Shown: positions 37,904-46,787 of the stretch, piece after piece
Layout of the letters: the number at the start of each line of letters is the position of its first letter
Numbering within the stretch: position 1 is the first letter of the stretch
Source of the DNA: Myxococcales bacterium
GTDB lineage: Bacteria > Myxococcota_A > UBA9042
DNA length: 64,000 nucleotides
NCBI GenBank assembly: GCA_037441385.1
Contig: JBBISH010000006.1
Location: 32,001 to 96,000 of the forward strand
Reading direction: 5' to 3'
Made by a program: the position numbers and the translations under genes
The notes under the pieces: model-generated
The model's input: the letters and a program-made list of their open reading frames with translations, nothing else
Database searches by the model: none
What the model was told of the DNA's origin: nothing

Positions 37904-38921
37904 CGTCGTCTCGCTCGTCGCCACCGGGCTGCGGCGTCGAGGCAAAGTCATACAGATCGCGGTCGTACAAGAAGCGCGGCGACACGTTCTGGATGGCGTT
38001 GAGGGCGGACGGCAGCGCACCGGGGTAGCGCTTGTCCAGCTCGCGCAGCAGGTCGTTCATCTGGGCGCGCTTCAGGTCGGGCTGCTTGCTGCACAGGTTG
38101 CAGGGAAGCACGGGATACTGCTTGATCTCTGCCCACTTGATGAGCATCGCTTCGGGCACGTAGGCCAGCGGCCGAATCACCGTGTTGACCCCGTCGTCCG
38201 CGCGCAGCAGCGGCGGCATCGACTTCAACTGCCCGCAAAAGAACAGGTTCAGCAGCAGCGTCGACAGGGCGTCGTCGCGGTGGTGACCCAGGGCAATCTT
38301 GCTGCAGCCCAGCCGCTTGGCGGTGTCGTACAGGATGCCGCGCCGCAGCCGCGAGCACAGCGAGCAGGTGGTCTTGCCGGGCTCCAGCTTGTCCATCACG
38401 ATGTCGTAGGTGTTGTAACGAACGACTTCGTAAGGCGAACCGGCGGCGGCCATATAGGCCTCGAGTTGGTCGGACGGAAAGCCCGGCTGCCCTTGGTCCA
38501 GGTGCACGGCGATCAGGTCGAACTTGACGGGCGAGTGCTTCTGCGTGCGCTGCATGAAGTGCAGCAGGGCGTAGCTGTCCTTGCCGCCCGACATGCAGAC
38601 CATGACGCGCTCGCCGGCCTCGATCATGCCAAAGTCTTTGATGGCCTTGACGAACAGGTGCGAGATGCGCCGCTCTAGCAGCTGCGGATCCTCGGGGATC
38701 TCCATCCGCCGCGGGACCCGAATCTGCGCCGGGCCAAGCTGGTCGATGCCCAGATCCCCAGGCCCCGACTCGGCTTGCCGCAGCGAGCGCGGCAGGGCCA
38801 CGGTATTGGCCGGATTAGGGGCGCGCGCCGCCGGCTCTTCGTGAACCAGGTCGGCCAGGGGCACCGCGGGCTGTGGAGTAGCGTCGGCGCGCACAGCACC
38901 GGCGTCGGCAAGAGCGGCCAA
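37890..38921 (-). CDS. ttcA: tRNA 2-thiocytidine(32) synthetase
   Basis: SGGKDS, CSLCSRLRRG, GHHRDD, IRPL and CNLCS. TTG 38921 follows GAGG; alternative ATG 38705. Confidence 0.92.
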   Translation of the reverse strand: MAALADAGAVRADATPQPAVPLADLVHEEPAARAPNPANTVALPRSLRQAESGPGDLGIDQLGPAQIRVPRRMEIPEDPQLLERRISHLFVKAIKDFGMIEAGERVMVCMSGGKDSYALLHFMQRTQKHSPVKFDLIAVHLDQGQPGFPSDQLEAYMAAAGSPYEVVRYNTYDIVMDKLEPGKTTCSLCSRLRRGILYDTAKRLGCSKIALGHHRDDALSTLLLNLFFCGQLKSMPPLLRADDGVNTVIRPLAYVPEAMLIKWAEIKQYPVLPCNLCSKQPDLKRAQMNDLLRELDKRYPGALPSALNAIQNVSPRFLYDRDLYDFASTPQPGGDERDDDAFA

Positions 38922-39073
38922 GCAAACCTCGCACGCAAATTCAGGTGGAACGGGTTCGGAGGGAACGAATTCAGACCGAACGAAGCGATCGCCAAGCGGG
39001 CAGGCCCCGCGCGCAGCTCAAAGCGTAGCACAGCCGCGCGGCCGTCGGGCCTAAATTCGCCAGCGGTCTTGGG

Positions 39074-39496
39074 CTAGCCCTCTTTCTTCTTGCCCTTCTT
39101 GTCGGGCTGCTTGTCGGCGTGGCCTTCCTCGGCGGCCGGAGCGGCTTCGGCGGCGGGCGCGTCGGCGGCCGGGGCGGCCTCAGCGGCGGGCGCCTCGGCA
39201 GCGACTGGTTCGGCAGCGACTGGTTCGGCAGCTGGAGCGGCGGCGACGGGGGCGGGCGCAGCAGCCGGCGCGGGTGTGGCGGCGGGACCGGCGCTCAGGC
39301 GCTGCAGCACCGGCGCGGGGCGCGACACCACTTTTTCGATGGCCACGGTCACCTTGGCCAGCGCCGCGGCGTCGTAGGCGTTCGACTTGGCAAGGCCGGC
39401 GTTGTCAAGCACTTCGCCGAGCATGGTCCGCGCGGTCAGGTAATCGAACCGGGCCTCGAAGGCCGCGACGAGCTGGTCGTGAGTCAGAGCTGCCAT
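39074..39496 (-). CDS. Hypothetical protein with Ala/Pro/Glu-rich tail
   Basis: GGAGG RBS; small globular N-terminus, PAAE repeats, basic C-terminus. Confidence 0.7.
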   Translation of the reverse strand: MAALTHDQLVAAFEARFDYLTARTMLGEVLDNAGLAKSNAYDAAALAKVTVAIEKVVSRPAPVLQRLSAGPAATPAPAAAPAPVAAAPAAEPVAAEPVAAEAPAAEAAPAADAPAAEAAPAAEEGHADKQPDKKGKKKEG

Positions 39497-39691
39497 AGAA
39501 GCGTCCTCCGTGAATTCATCGGCCTACGTGCCGAGATCGATCGTGCGGTTCAGCCCAGACGCCCAGGTCGCCTGCGCGCCATGCGCCATTGCGTTGGGGC
39601 AAGCCGATCCGCGCCGCAAGCCTAGCAGGGCACCCGAAAATCGCAACTGTACGCCGCCGATCCGGACTGCGCCGCGTAGCGACCGCCGACA

Positions 39692-40909
39692 CTACGCAAC
39701 GATGCGCCGTTGCACATGTTCGCCGATACGCGTCACCACCTCGTAGTGGATGGTGCCCAGCCAACCGGCCACCTGCTCGGCGCTGATCTCGTCGCCCGGT
39801 TCGCCGTGGCGGCCGGCCTGGGCCCCCAGCAGCACCACTTCGTCGCCTACCGCCACGCCTGCGCAATCGGTCGCGTCCACGGTGACCATGTTCATCGCCA
39901 CGCGGCCGATCACGTGGGCGCGCTGGCCGTGGATCAGCACTTGCGCCAGGTTCGACAGGCCGCGGTCGTAGCCGTCGTAATAGCCGATCGGCAACAGCGC
40001 CACCTTGGTCGGCCGCACGGTGCGGAACGTGCGACCGTAGCCGATGTATTCCCCTGCAGGCATATCGCGCAGCTGGGCGATGCGGGTCTTCCACGTGAGC
40101 GCCGGTCGCAGCTCCACGGGCTGCCTGCCCGCCAGCTGGACCGAGAGCAGGGTCTCTTTGGACGGCCACAGCCCGTAGGCCGCGATGCCAAAGCGCACCA
40201 TGGCGCCGCACACTTCGGGCCACAGCATCAGCGCCGCCGAATTGCTCACGTGCGTCAGCAGTTGGTCGCCCGGCTGGCCGGCGGGCGGCAGGCCCAGGCG
40301 CTCGCGCACCGCCGTGGCACAGGCCTCGAACCGCTGCAACTGGCTGCGGGCAAACGCATGGTTGGTCGTATCTTCCACGTCGGCGAAGTGAGTGGCCAAG
40401 CCTTCCAGCTGCAGGTGTGGGTCGGCCGCGATCCGCATGGCCATCGCGACCGCAGCATCGTGGCGCAAACCTTGGCGGTTGTTGCCGGTTTCTACCTTGA
40501 CGTGCAGCCGCGCCGGTCGCCCACAGGCCCGTGCCGCCGCCGCCGCGGCCGCCACCACGTCCTCGTCGTACACCACAAAGCGGGCGTCCAGCTCCACGGC
40601 GCGCGCCGCGTGGTGGGGCGGCAAATAGCACACGGCGTAGAGGGGCGCCGTGATGCCGCTGGCACGCAAGTATTCGATTTCGCTTAGGTCGCCTACACCC
40701 AGCCAGTCGACACCGGCGGTCAACAGCGCTTGCGCCGCCGCCAGCAGCCCGTGGCCGTAGGCGTTGCCCTTGACCATGGCGCACAACAGAGGCGATCGCC
40801 CGCCCGCGCGGCTGGCGTGCTGCAAGACGTTGATGTTATGCTGGAACGCCGATTGCGAGATCTCGACCCAGGTCAAGGGATCGGACAGCGTGCGGACAGG
40901 ATCGGACAT
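39692..40909 (-). CDS. alr: Alanine racemase
   Basis: MVKGNAYGHG (PLP lysine), HVKVETG, THFA, SNSAA, PIGYYDG, GRVAMN and TIHYE. Confidence 0.95.
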   Translation of the reverse strand: MSDPVRTLSDPLTWVEISQSAFQHNINVLQHASRAGGRSPLLCAMVKGNAYGHGLLAAAQALLTAGVDWLGVGDLSEIEYLRASGITAPLYAVCYLPPHHAARAVELDARFVVYDEDVVAAAAAAARACGRPARLHVKVETGNNRQGLRHDAAVAMAMRIAADPHLQLEGLATHFADVEDTTNHAFARSQLQRFEACATAVRERLGLPPAGQPGDQLLTHVSNSAALMLWPEVCGAMVRFGIAAYGLWPSKETLLSVQLAGRQPVELRPALTWKTRIAQLRDMPAGEYIGYGRTFRTVRPTKVALLPIGYYDGYDRGLSNLAQVLIHGQRAHVIGRVAMNMVTVDATDCAGVAVGDEVVLLGAQAGRHGEPGDEISAEQVAGWLGTIHYEVVTRIGEHVQRRIVA

Positions 40910-40970
40910 GGCAAGTACCGGCCGCCAAGCGAGCGGCGGGCGTAGGCTACACCAATTCAGCAGAGCCGGC

Positions 40971-42761
40971 TCAAGGTCCGGAGTCGCACGGAGCGCGCCG
41001 CGGATCGCCCGGAAAGCGCACGACCACGTCGTAAGTCTGTGGGTCGGCGTCGCCCGGAATGCCTAGATCTCCGGCAAATCGGCCGTCGGTGTCGGTGGGC
41101 AAGACACCCAGCAGGCGCCCCTGTTGCGGGTGGCCTGGGTCGATGAGCCAGACCTCGACGGCAAGCCGCTGCGCGCCCGCCTCGCTGACCAACTGACCGG
41201 CCAAATGCAGCGGTTCGCCCAGCCACGCCATCGCCGCCACGGGTTGCAGCGCGATCCGCGTGGCGCTTCGCCGATTGGTGTCGCTGGCTTGGCTGCGCGC
41301 CATCGCAGGCGGCACTCGCGGCGCGGCCAGCTCCTGTGCGCGTTGCTGCAGCCACAGTCGCCGGGCCGCGTCTTGATCTTGCGGGCGGCCCAGGCCGCTA
41401 CCGTTGCTCGCGCCGGCCATCGTGCTGCTTTCGCCAGGTTCGGTACTCAACGTCCCGCCAGCCAGCCCCTCGGCGCCTTTGAGCTTGCGCGCGCCCGCCA
41501 AGGGCTGGGGCACGGCCACGCCATCGACTTTGACCTGTCCAGTCTGGCTGGTATACGCCTCTGGGCGGGGAAACGGGTCACCAAACTGCGGTTGGTGCAA
41601 GTGCTTTCCGGTCGCCGCGTGCAATTCCAGCGAGTCGGCACCGCCGCCCAAGTCCACGCGCAGCCAATGCCCGGCGCCGCTGGCCTCGGGAGCCCACACC
41701 TCGGCAAAGGCGTGGGCGTCGTTCATCACGTAGTGGGCCGGGATGCCTAGCGAGTGGCACAGCACCACAAAAGCCAACGTGCGGTGCCGACATACGCCCT
41801 TCTTGGCCAGCACGAGATCGGCCAGATCGTCGCCGCTGCTCGGCGGCGGTTCCCCGGGCTGGTAGCTGCGAAAGTACTCGACCAGGCGCGTCAATTGGCC
41901 GTCCCGCTCTTGCCCCGATCCCAAGCCGAGCGCAGGCCACAGCTTCTGGGCGCGCGCCTGCAACGCCGCTCCCAGCACTGGCTGTTCCGGGTCGTCGTCG
42001 CCACGCCAGCGCCCCAGCGGCGCGGCAAAATAGGTCGACGGCGCGTCCATCAAGAAGCGCAGGTCGACTTCGGCATCGGCTGGACCCGATACACTGTAAT
42101 TGCCTGCATCGTCTCGCGAAAACTCCAGCGCCTGCGGCGGCACCGCCTGCCACTGCAGGATGCGCGAAGTCGGCGCGACCGACGGCAACGCCACGCTCTG
42201 CCCGGCCAGCAGCTTCAGGCGCACATGCCCCCAGAACAGCTCGTGATCTGCGCGCGGCTTCTGCCCCGTCGGCAGCGGCTTCAACCCTTGGCCCGAGCGG
42301 TCCAGCGTCAAGTCGTCGCGCACCCGATCGAAGGAATGCTCGCGCTTGAACGGAGCTACCGTGGGGTCGAACACCACCTGGTAGTGCAGGTCCAGGTCGG
42401 CGCCCGTACGGCGGTCCATCCCGACCCGCGGCGGCGGCCGCGGCTGGTAGGTCGGCACGCCTGGATCATCGGTTTTCGGCTTCTCGATGCGGCCTTGGGC
42501 GGTCAAGATGGCGTCGGGCAGGTCGCTTGTGGCGCCGGGCGCGGCGGGACCCGGCTCGATCTGGTCGCTGCGCGGGGCCGAGGTCACGCCTTCGGGCAGC
42601 GGCTCGTGCAACACCGCCGCCAGCGGCGCGGCTTGGCTCCACAGAGCCCCCAGGGTCAGCGCGGCCATCCCGGCCAGCCCCACCGCTCCCACCGCGATCG
42701 CGATGTTTCTTGGAGTCTTCGTCGCCTGCCCCACGCCAGCGCTGGCCAGCTCGTCCAGCAT
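40971..42761 (-). CDS. Membrane-anchored transglutaminase-like protein
   Basis: N-terminal TM; Cys-His-Asp triad pattern GVCRHR / HAFAEVW / WLRVDLGG; C-terminal Ig-like segment. Start ATG 42761 is inferred. Confidence 0.75.
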   Translation of the reverse strand: MLDELASAGVGQATKTPRNIAIAVGAVGLAGMAALTLGALWSQAAPLAAVLHEPLPEGVTSAPRSDQIEPGPAAPGATSDLPDAILTAQGRIEKPKTDDPGVPTYQPRPPPRVGMDRRTGADLDLHYQVVFDPTVAPFKREHSFDRVRDDLTLDRSGQGLKPLPTGQKPRADHELFWGHVRLKLLAGQSVALPSVAPTSRILQWQAVPPQALEFSRDDAGNYSVSGPADAEVDLRFLMDAPSTYFAAPLGRWRGDDDPEQPVLGAALQARAQKLWPALGLGSGQERDGQLTRLVEYFRSYQPGEPPPSSGDDLADLVLAKKGVCRHRTLAFVVLCHSLGIPAHYVMNDAHAFAEVWAPEASGAGHWLRVDLGGGADSLELHAATGKHLHQPQFGDPFPRPEAYTSQTGQVKVDGVAVPQPLAGARKLKGAEGLAGGTLSTEPGESSTMAGASNGSGLGRPQDQDAARRLWLQQRAQELAAPRVPPAMARSQASDTNRRSATRIALQPVAAMAWLGEPLHLAGQLVSEAGAQRLAVEVWLIDPGHPQQGRLLGVLPTDTDGRFAGDLGIPGDADPQTYDVVVRFPGDPRRAPCDSGP

Positions 42762-42872
42762 GCCAATTCGACGCCCGCGCCGCCACTGCGGTCTGCGCCC
42801 ACCGGCCGGTGGCCAAGAACTTCGGCGCCCGCTACGCTTGGTTCGCGGCCTTGCGCCGCTGTGGACTAGCCC

Positions 42873-43757
42873 GTGCCCTGGCTCCCGCTCACCGTTGCGC
42901 TTTTCGCCCTGCTCTGGGGCAGTTTGTGGGGCTCGTTCCTGAACGTGGTGGTGTATCGCCTGCCCGCCGGGCTGTCGGTGGTCCGGCCGCGGTCGCGCTG
43001 TGGCAGCTGCGGCACGCCGATCGCCGCTTGGCACAACATCCCAGTGGTATCGTGGCTGTGGCTGCGTGGCCGCTGCGCCGCGTGTCAGGCGCCGATCTCG
43101 CCGCGTTATCCGGTCGTCGAGGCCACCGTGGCGGTGCTGTCGCTCGCCCTGGCCATGCCCTGGCTGCCGCTTCTGCTGGACCCGGCGGCGCTTTTGGACC
43201 CGGCGGGGCTGCCGTGGCGACCGGCGCTGGCCCTGCTGGGCGAGCAGGCGGTGGTGTTCACCTGGGTGGCGATCGCCCTCATCGACGCCGATACCTTCCT
43301 GATTCCCGATGTTTTGAGCCTGCCCTTGCCGCTGGTGGCGATCGCGCTGGCGGCTGCAACCGGCGACTTGCGCGGCGTGGACCTGCGCATGGCGGTGTTG
43401 GGTGCAGTCGTCGCCGGCTTGGGGTTGTGGTTGCTGATGTGGCTGTACGCGCGCATGACCGGTCGCGAGGGCCTGGGGTTCGGCGACGTCAAGCTGCTGG
43501 CCAGCATTGGCGCCTTGCTGGGTCTGGCCTCCGTGCCGGTGGTGCTGCTGGCCGCAGCGCTGCAGGGGCTGGCTTTTGCATTGCTGTATGCGGTGTTGTC
43601 GCGCGGCAAGGCGACCGAGGAGCGCGGCCTGACCTCGCTGCGCCAACTGGCGATCCCCTTTGGCCCGTTCTTGGTGCTGGGGGCGGTGGAGTGGCTGCTG
43701 CTGCACCGCCTGGGCGCCGGCTTGATGGCCGCCCAGGGCTTGTGGTTGCCGTCCTGA
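42873..43757 (+). CDS. pilD: Type IV prepilin peptidase / N-methyltransferase
   Basis: GSFLNVVVYRLP, SRCGSC, NIPVVSW, GRCAAC, ISPRYP, GLGFGDVKL and IPFGPFL. Confidence 0.95.
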   Translation: MPWLPLTVALFALLWGSLWGSFLNVVVYRLPAGLSVVRPRSRCGSCGTPIAAWHNIPVVSWLWLRGRCAACQAPISPRYPVVEATVAVLSLALAMPWLPLLLDPAALLDPAGLPWRPALALLGEQAVVFTWVAIALIDADTFLIPDVLSLPLPLVAIALAAATGDLRGVDLRMAVLGAVVAGLGLWLLMWLYARMTGREGLGFGDVKLLASIGALLGLASVPVVLLAAALQGLAFALLYAVLSRGKATEERGLTSLRQLAIPFGPFLVLGAVEWLLLHRLGAGLMAAQGLWLPS

Positions 43758-43824
43758 AGGCTGCTGGTGGCGGCGTGGCAACGGCCAAAATCCACCACCA
43801 GAATTGGTTCCGGCCGTCGATTTG

Positions 43825-43986
43825 GGATGCAAATCAAGGCGCAAGGAGCGGAGCGACTGAGGCGACCTAAAGGTCGCCGCAGGGAGAAGGGCCCCAGCGG
43901 TCGCCCGAAGGGTGAACGGGTCGCCCCAGTGGGGCAACCCGTAGCTGGGACGACGCAGCAACGCCGAGTTGCGCCCAAAGCGGCGG
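43825..43986 (+). repeat. 162-bp structured intergenic repeat, copy 1
   Basis: Exact reverse complement of 56127-56288 (checked base by base); contains nested hairpins. Confidence 0.95.
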
Positions 43987-44006
43987 GTCGGCAAAGGCGC
44001 GTGCGA

Positions 44007-44035
44007 TTGACCGGGTAGGGCAACCCTGCTATAAC
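44007..44035 (+). promoter_or_regulatory. Sigma70-type promoter upstream of yajC-secD-secF
   Basis: TTGACC (44007-44012), 17-nt spacer, TATAAC (44030-44035) with an extended TGn. Confidence 0.7.
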
Positions 44036-44157
44036 TTTGCGGCTTCGCATCCCGGCTCTGGGTCGGCCTGCGAGCAAATGCCTTGCAATGGCGCACGGTT
44101 AGCTGCCGATTTCGCCCGCTCGCAAGTCCGCTTAGCGGAACCTAGGCCGAAGGGAAG

Positions 44158-44628
44158 ATGATGTTCGTACACATGCTGGGTACGGCCTTGAGCTCAGGGG
44201 TGATGCGGCTGGTAGCAGCCCACAACCTGTTGCTTGCACAGGCAGATCCCCTTGCGGCCGGTTCGGCGCCTTCCGCCTCGGCTGCCGCTGCGGCTCCGGC
44301 CGCCGCTGGATCGGCGAGCGCGGGTCCGGGCGGCGCTTCTGGATGGGTCACGTCGGCGATGATGCTGGGCATTTTCGCGGTGTTCTACTTCCTCGTGCTG
44401 CGGCCCCAGCAGAAGCGCGCCAGCCAGCACAAGACGTTCTTGGATGCCCTGCAGGTGGGCTCGTCGGTGATCACCACCGGCGGCATCTACGGCACCATCG
44501 TCGCCATCGAAGATCAGATCGTCCGCGTCGAAGTGGCGCCGCGCACCGAGCTGCGCGTGCACAAGAGCCACATTGCGGGCAATTCGGCCGACGCGGCCAA
44601 CGCCCTGGCTTCGGCCAATCAGCGCTAG
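44158..44628 (+). CDS. yajC: Preprotein translocase subunit YajC
   Basis: FYFLVLRPQQKR and VITTGGIYGTI; lies upstream of secD. Start uncertain. Confidence 0.93.
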   Translation: MMFVHMLGTALSSGVMRLVAAHNLLLAQADPLAAGSAPSASAAAAAPAAAGSASAGPGGASGWVTSAMMLGIFAVFYFLVLRPQQKRASQHKTFLDALQVGSSVITTGGIYGTIVAIEDQIVRVEVAPRTELRVHKSHIAGNSADAANALASANQR

Positions 44629-44686
44629 TACTACAAACCCGAATTCCACATCGGGTTGGGATAGTCCAATGGTTTGTAGTACTAGC
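44624..44686. repeat. Miniature inverted-repeat element 1
   Basis: Perfect 16-bp IR: GCTAGTACTACAAACC (44624-44639) and GGTTTGTAGTACTAGC (44671-44686). Overlaps the yajC stop codon. Confidence 0.85.
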
Positions 44687-44700
44687 CTCTTCAGCAACCA

Positions 44701-44732
44701 AAGGGGGCGTGCCGCCCCCTGCGACCCCCGCG
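44701..44732 (+). repeat. REP-like palindromic element, copy B
   Basis: AAGGGGGCGTGCCGCCCCCTGCGACCCCCGCG; 31/32 identical to 30294-30325. Confidence 0.75.
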
Positions 44733-44747
44733 TGCGGCAAACGCCGC

Positions 44748-44800
44748 TTAGTACACCAAGGGGTTGCATCTCGTTGCGAATCTACGATTTGGTGTACTAA
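44748..44800. repeat. Miniature inverted-repeat element 2
   Basis: Perfect 12-bp IR: TTAGTACACCAA (44748-44759) and TTGGTGTACTAA (44789-44800). Confidence 0.8.
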
Positions 44801-44869
44801 CGCCCTACTCTGTATCGCTTTCTGCCGTCGCGCGACGGCCCGCCGCATCGGCGTTTCCTGGAGTCCCTG

Positions 44870-46708
44870 ATGGAGAACAAGCGCAACTGGAAGGCCTACT
44901 GGGTTTTTGGCCTCCTCGCCGTCGCGATTCTGCAACTTCTGCCGACGTTTGCGCGCTACAAAGACGCCGACGGCACCGAGAAGTCGTACCTGCCTGCCGC
45001 CTACACCGCGATCTTTGACCGTACGCTCAGCTACGGCCTGGACCTGAAGGGCGGCTTGGAGTTGCGCTACACCGTCGACTACAAGAAAGCGATCTCGGAC
45101 AACACCGGACGCCTGCTCGACACGTTGCAGGACCGCCTGGGCGACGGCTATGCCAAGAGCCAGAAGAAAGACTGGGCCACGCTGGGCGAGACCGAGAAGA
45201 AGGCGATCCTGGACCGCTTCGAACTCAAGCGCGAGCGCTTCAACAAGATCGTCGTCAAGTTCAAGAGCCCCGGCGACAAGGCGCTGCTCGACAGCGACAT
45301 GGTCAACACGGTCGATCGCGAGTTCCGCCTGGCCTCGGAAGGCGCCGACAGCGTCTCGCTGACCATGCCCGACAAGCACATCTTGGAACTGAAGGACAAG
45401 ATCGTCTCGCAGACGCTGGATGTGATCCGCAAGCGCGTCGACGCCTTTGGTCTGGTCGAGCCCGATGTGCGCTCGTCGGGCGACGCCGACATCGACCTGC
45501 AGCTGCCGGGTCTGACCGGTCCGCAGATGGCTCGCATCCGCGAGCGCATTGGCCAGGCCGCCCAGTTGACGTTCCGTATGGTCAAGCCCGACGCCAAGGT
45601 CTTTGACGACAAAGCGGCCGCAGTCGACGAGTGGAAGAAGGGCCACGCCGAAGAAGCCAAGTCCCTGACGCTGGTGCCCGACGGTCGCGGCGCCTACCTC
45701 AAGGCCGACCACAAGTCCGAGATCCTGCGCTTCGTCAAGGACCTGCCCCTGCCGCAGGGCGTGATGATCGGCTACGAGCTGGTCGAGAACCGCGAGATGA
45801 ATGGCAAGGTCGGCTCCAGCTTCTGGCGCACCCACGCCGTGGAAGACCGCGCCGAGCTGAGCGGCGACAACCTGACCCGCGCCAACATCGGCTACGCCCA
45901 GCAGGGCCGCCAAGAGCCGGTGGTGCATCTGGAATTCAACGCCCGCGGCGCCTCGATCCTGGGCGAAGTGTCCGAGAAGAACGTGGGCAACCAGATGGCG
46001 ATCATGCTCGACGACGACGTCGCGTCGGCCCCACAGATCAAAGAGAAGCTGGGCGCCCGCGTGCAAATCACCTTGGGCCGCGGCACGGGCGCGCAGCAGA
46101 TGATGGAAGAGGCCAAGGCCCTGGTCACCGTGCTGAACAACGGCGCCTACAAGGCCCCGGTCATCAAGGTCCACGACATCGAAGTCGGCCCCTCGCTGGG
46201 TGCGGACGCGGTCAAGGGCGGCCTGATTTCGATGGTGGTCGGCGTGGTGCTGGTGATCTCGTTCATGGTGATCTACTACCGCCAGGGCGGCATGATCGCC
46301 AACGCGGCGCTGCTCCTGAACCTGATCCTGCAGCTGGCCTGCCTGGTGTGGTTCAACGCGGCGCTCACGCTGCCGGGCATGGCGGGCCTGACCCTGACCA
46401 CCGCCATGGCCGTGGACGCGAACATCCTGATCTTCGAGCGCATTCGTGAAGAGTTGCGCGCCGGACGCGGGGTGCGCAATGCCCTGGACCTGGGCTATGG
46501 CCGCGCGTTCTGGACCATCTTCGACTCGCACATCACCGCCGGCATGGCGGGCGGCGTGCTGATGGTCTACAGCTCGGGCCCGATCTACGGCTTTGCGGTG
46601 ACCCTGCTGATCGGCATCGGCACGTCGATGTTCACGTCGATCGTCGCCACCCGCCTGGTCTACGACTGGATGATTCAAAAGGGCAACATCGAACAGCTTT
46701 CGGTCTAG
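44870..46708 (+). CDS. secD: Protein translocase subunit SecD
   Basis: YGLDLKGG, IRKRVDAFGLVEP, VGPSLG, LTLPGMAG and MAVDANILIFERIREE. Confidence 0.96.
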   Translation: MENKRNWKAYWVFGLLAVAILQLLPTFARYKDADGTEKSYLPAAYTAIFDRTLSYGLDLKGGLELRYTVDYKKAISDNTGRLLDTLQDRLGDGYAKSQKKDWATLGETEKKAILDRFELKRERFNKIVVKFKSPGDKALLDSDMVNTVDREFRLASEGADSVSLTMPDKHILELKDKIVSQTLDVIRKRVDAFGLVEPDVRSSGDADIDLQLPGLTGPQMARIRERIGQAAQLTFRMVKPDAKVFDDKAAAVDEWKKGHAEEAKSLTLVPDGRGAYLKADHKSEILRFVKDLPLPQGVMIGYELVENREMNGKVGSSFWRTHAVEDRAELSGDNLTRANIGYAQQGRQEPVVHLEFNARGASILGEVSEKNVGNQMAIMLDDDVASAPQIKEKLGARVQITLGRGTGAQQMMEEAKALVTVLNNGAYKAPVIKVHDIEVGPSLGADAVKGGLISMVVGVVLVISFMVIYYRQGGMIANAALLLNLILQLACLVWFNAALTLPGMAGLTLTTAMAVDANILIFERIREELRAGRGVRNALDLGYGRAFWTIFDSHITAGMAGGVLMVYSSGPIYGFAVTLLIGIGTSMFTSIVATRLVYDWMIQKGNIEQLSV

Positions 46709-46787
46709 CGGCGTCTGCCAAGGCCACCGACTCGAGACGTGCCCGGCCTGCGCCAGCGGCCCCATCCGAAGGGAATGCGAGAACGAA

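Noticed and set aside
38835..38870. GTGAACCAGGTCGG resembling the SRP RNA core
   Set aside because: It lacks the CAGG...GGAA...AGCAG domain IV motif and lies within the probable ttcA N-terminal extension.
39180..39290. Short repeats such as CGGCAGCGACTGGTT x2 as DNA-level elements
   Set aside because: Explained by the low-complexity AAEPV/PAA protein tail. The same applies to the PA linker at about 50260-50300.
43767..44018. Identical peptide MQIKAQGAERLRRPKG... here and as an N-terminal extension of the EutN ORF 55801-56286
   Set aside because: It is just the translation of the DNA repeat. The BMC-P starts at the canonical MFLARV (56070).
40971..44096. 1041-aa ORF read as a giant fusion protein
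   Set aside because: Its N-terminal 445 codons are antisense to pilD and run through the 162-bp repeat. Only 40971-42761 looks like a real gene.
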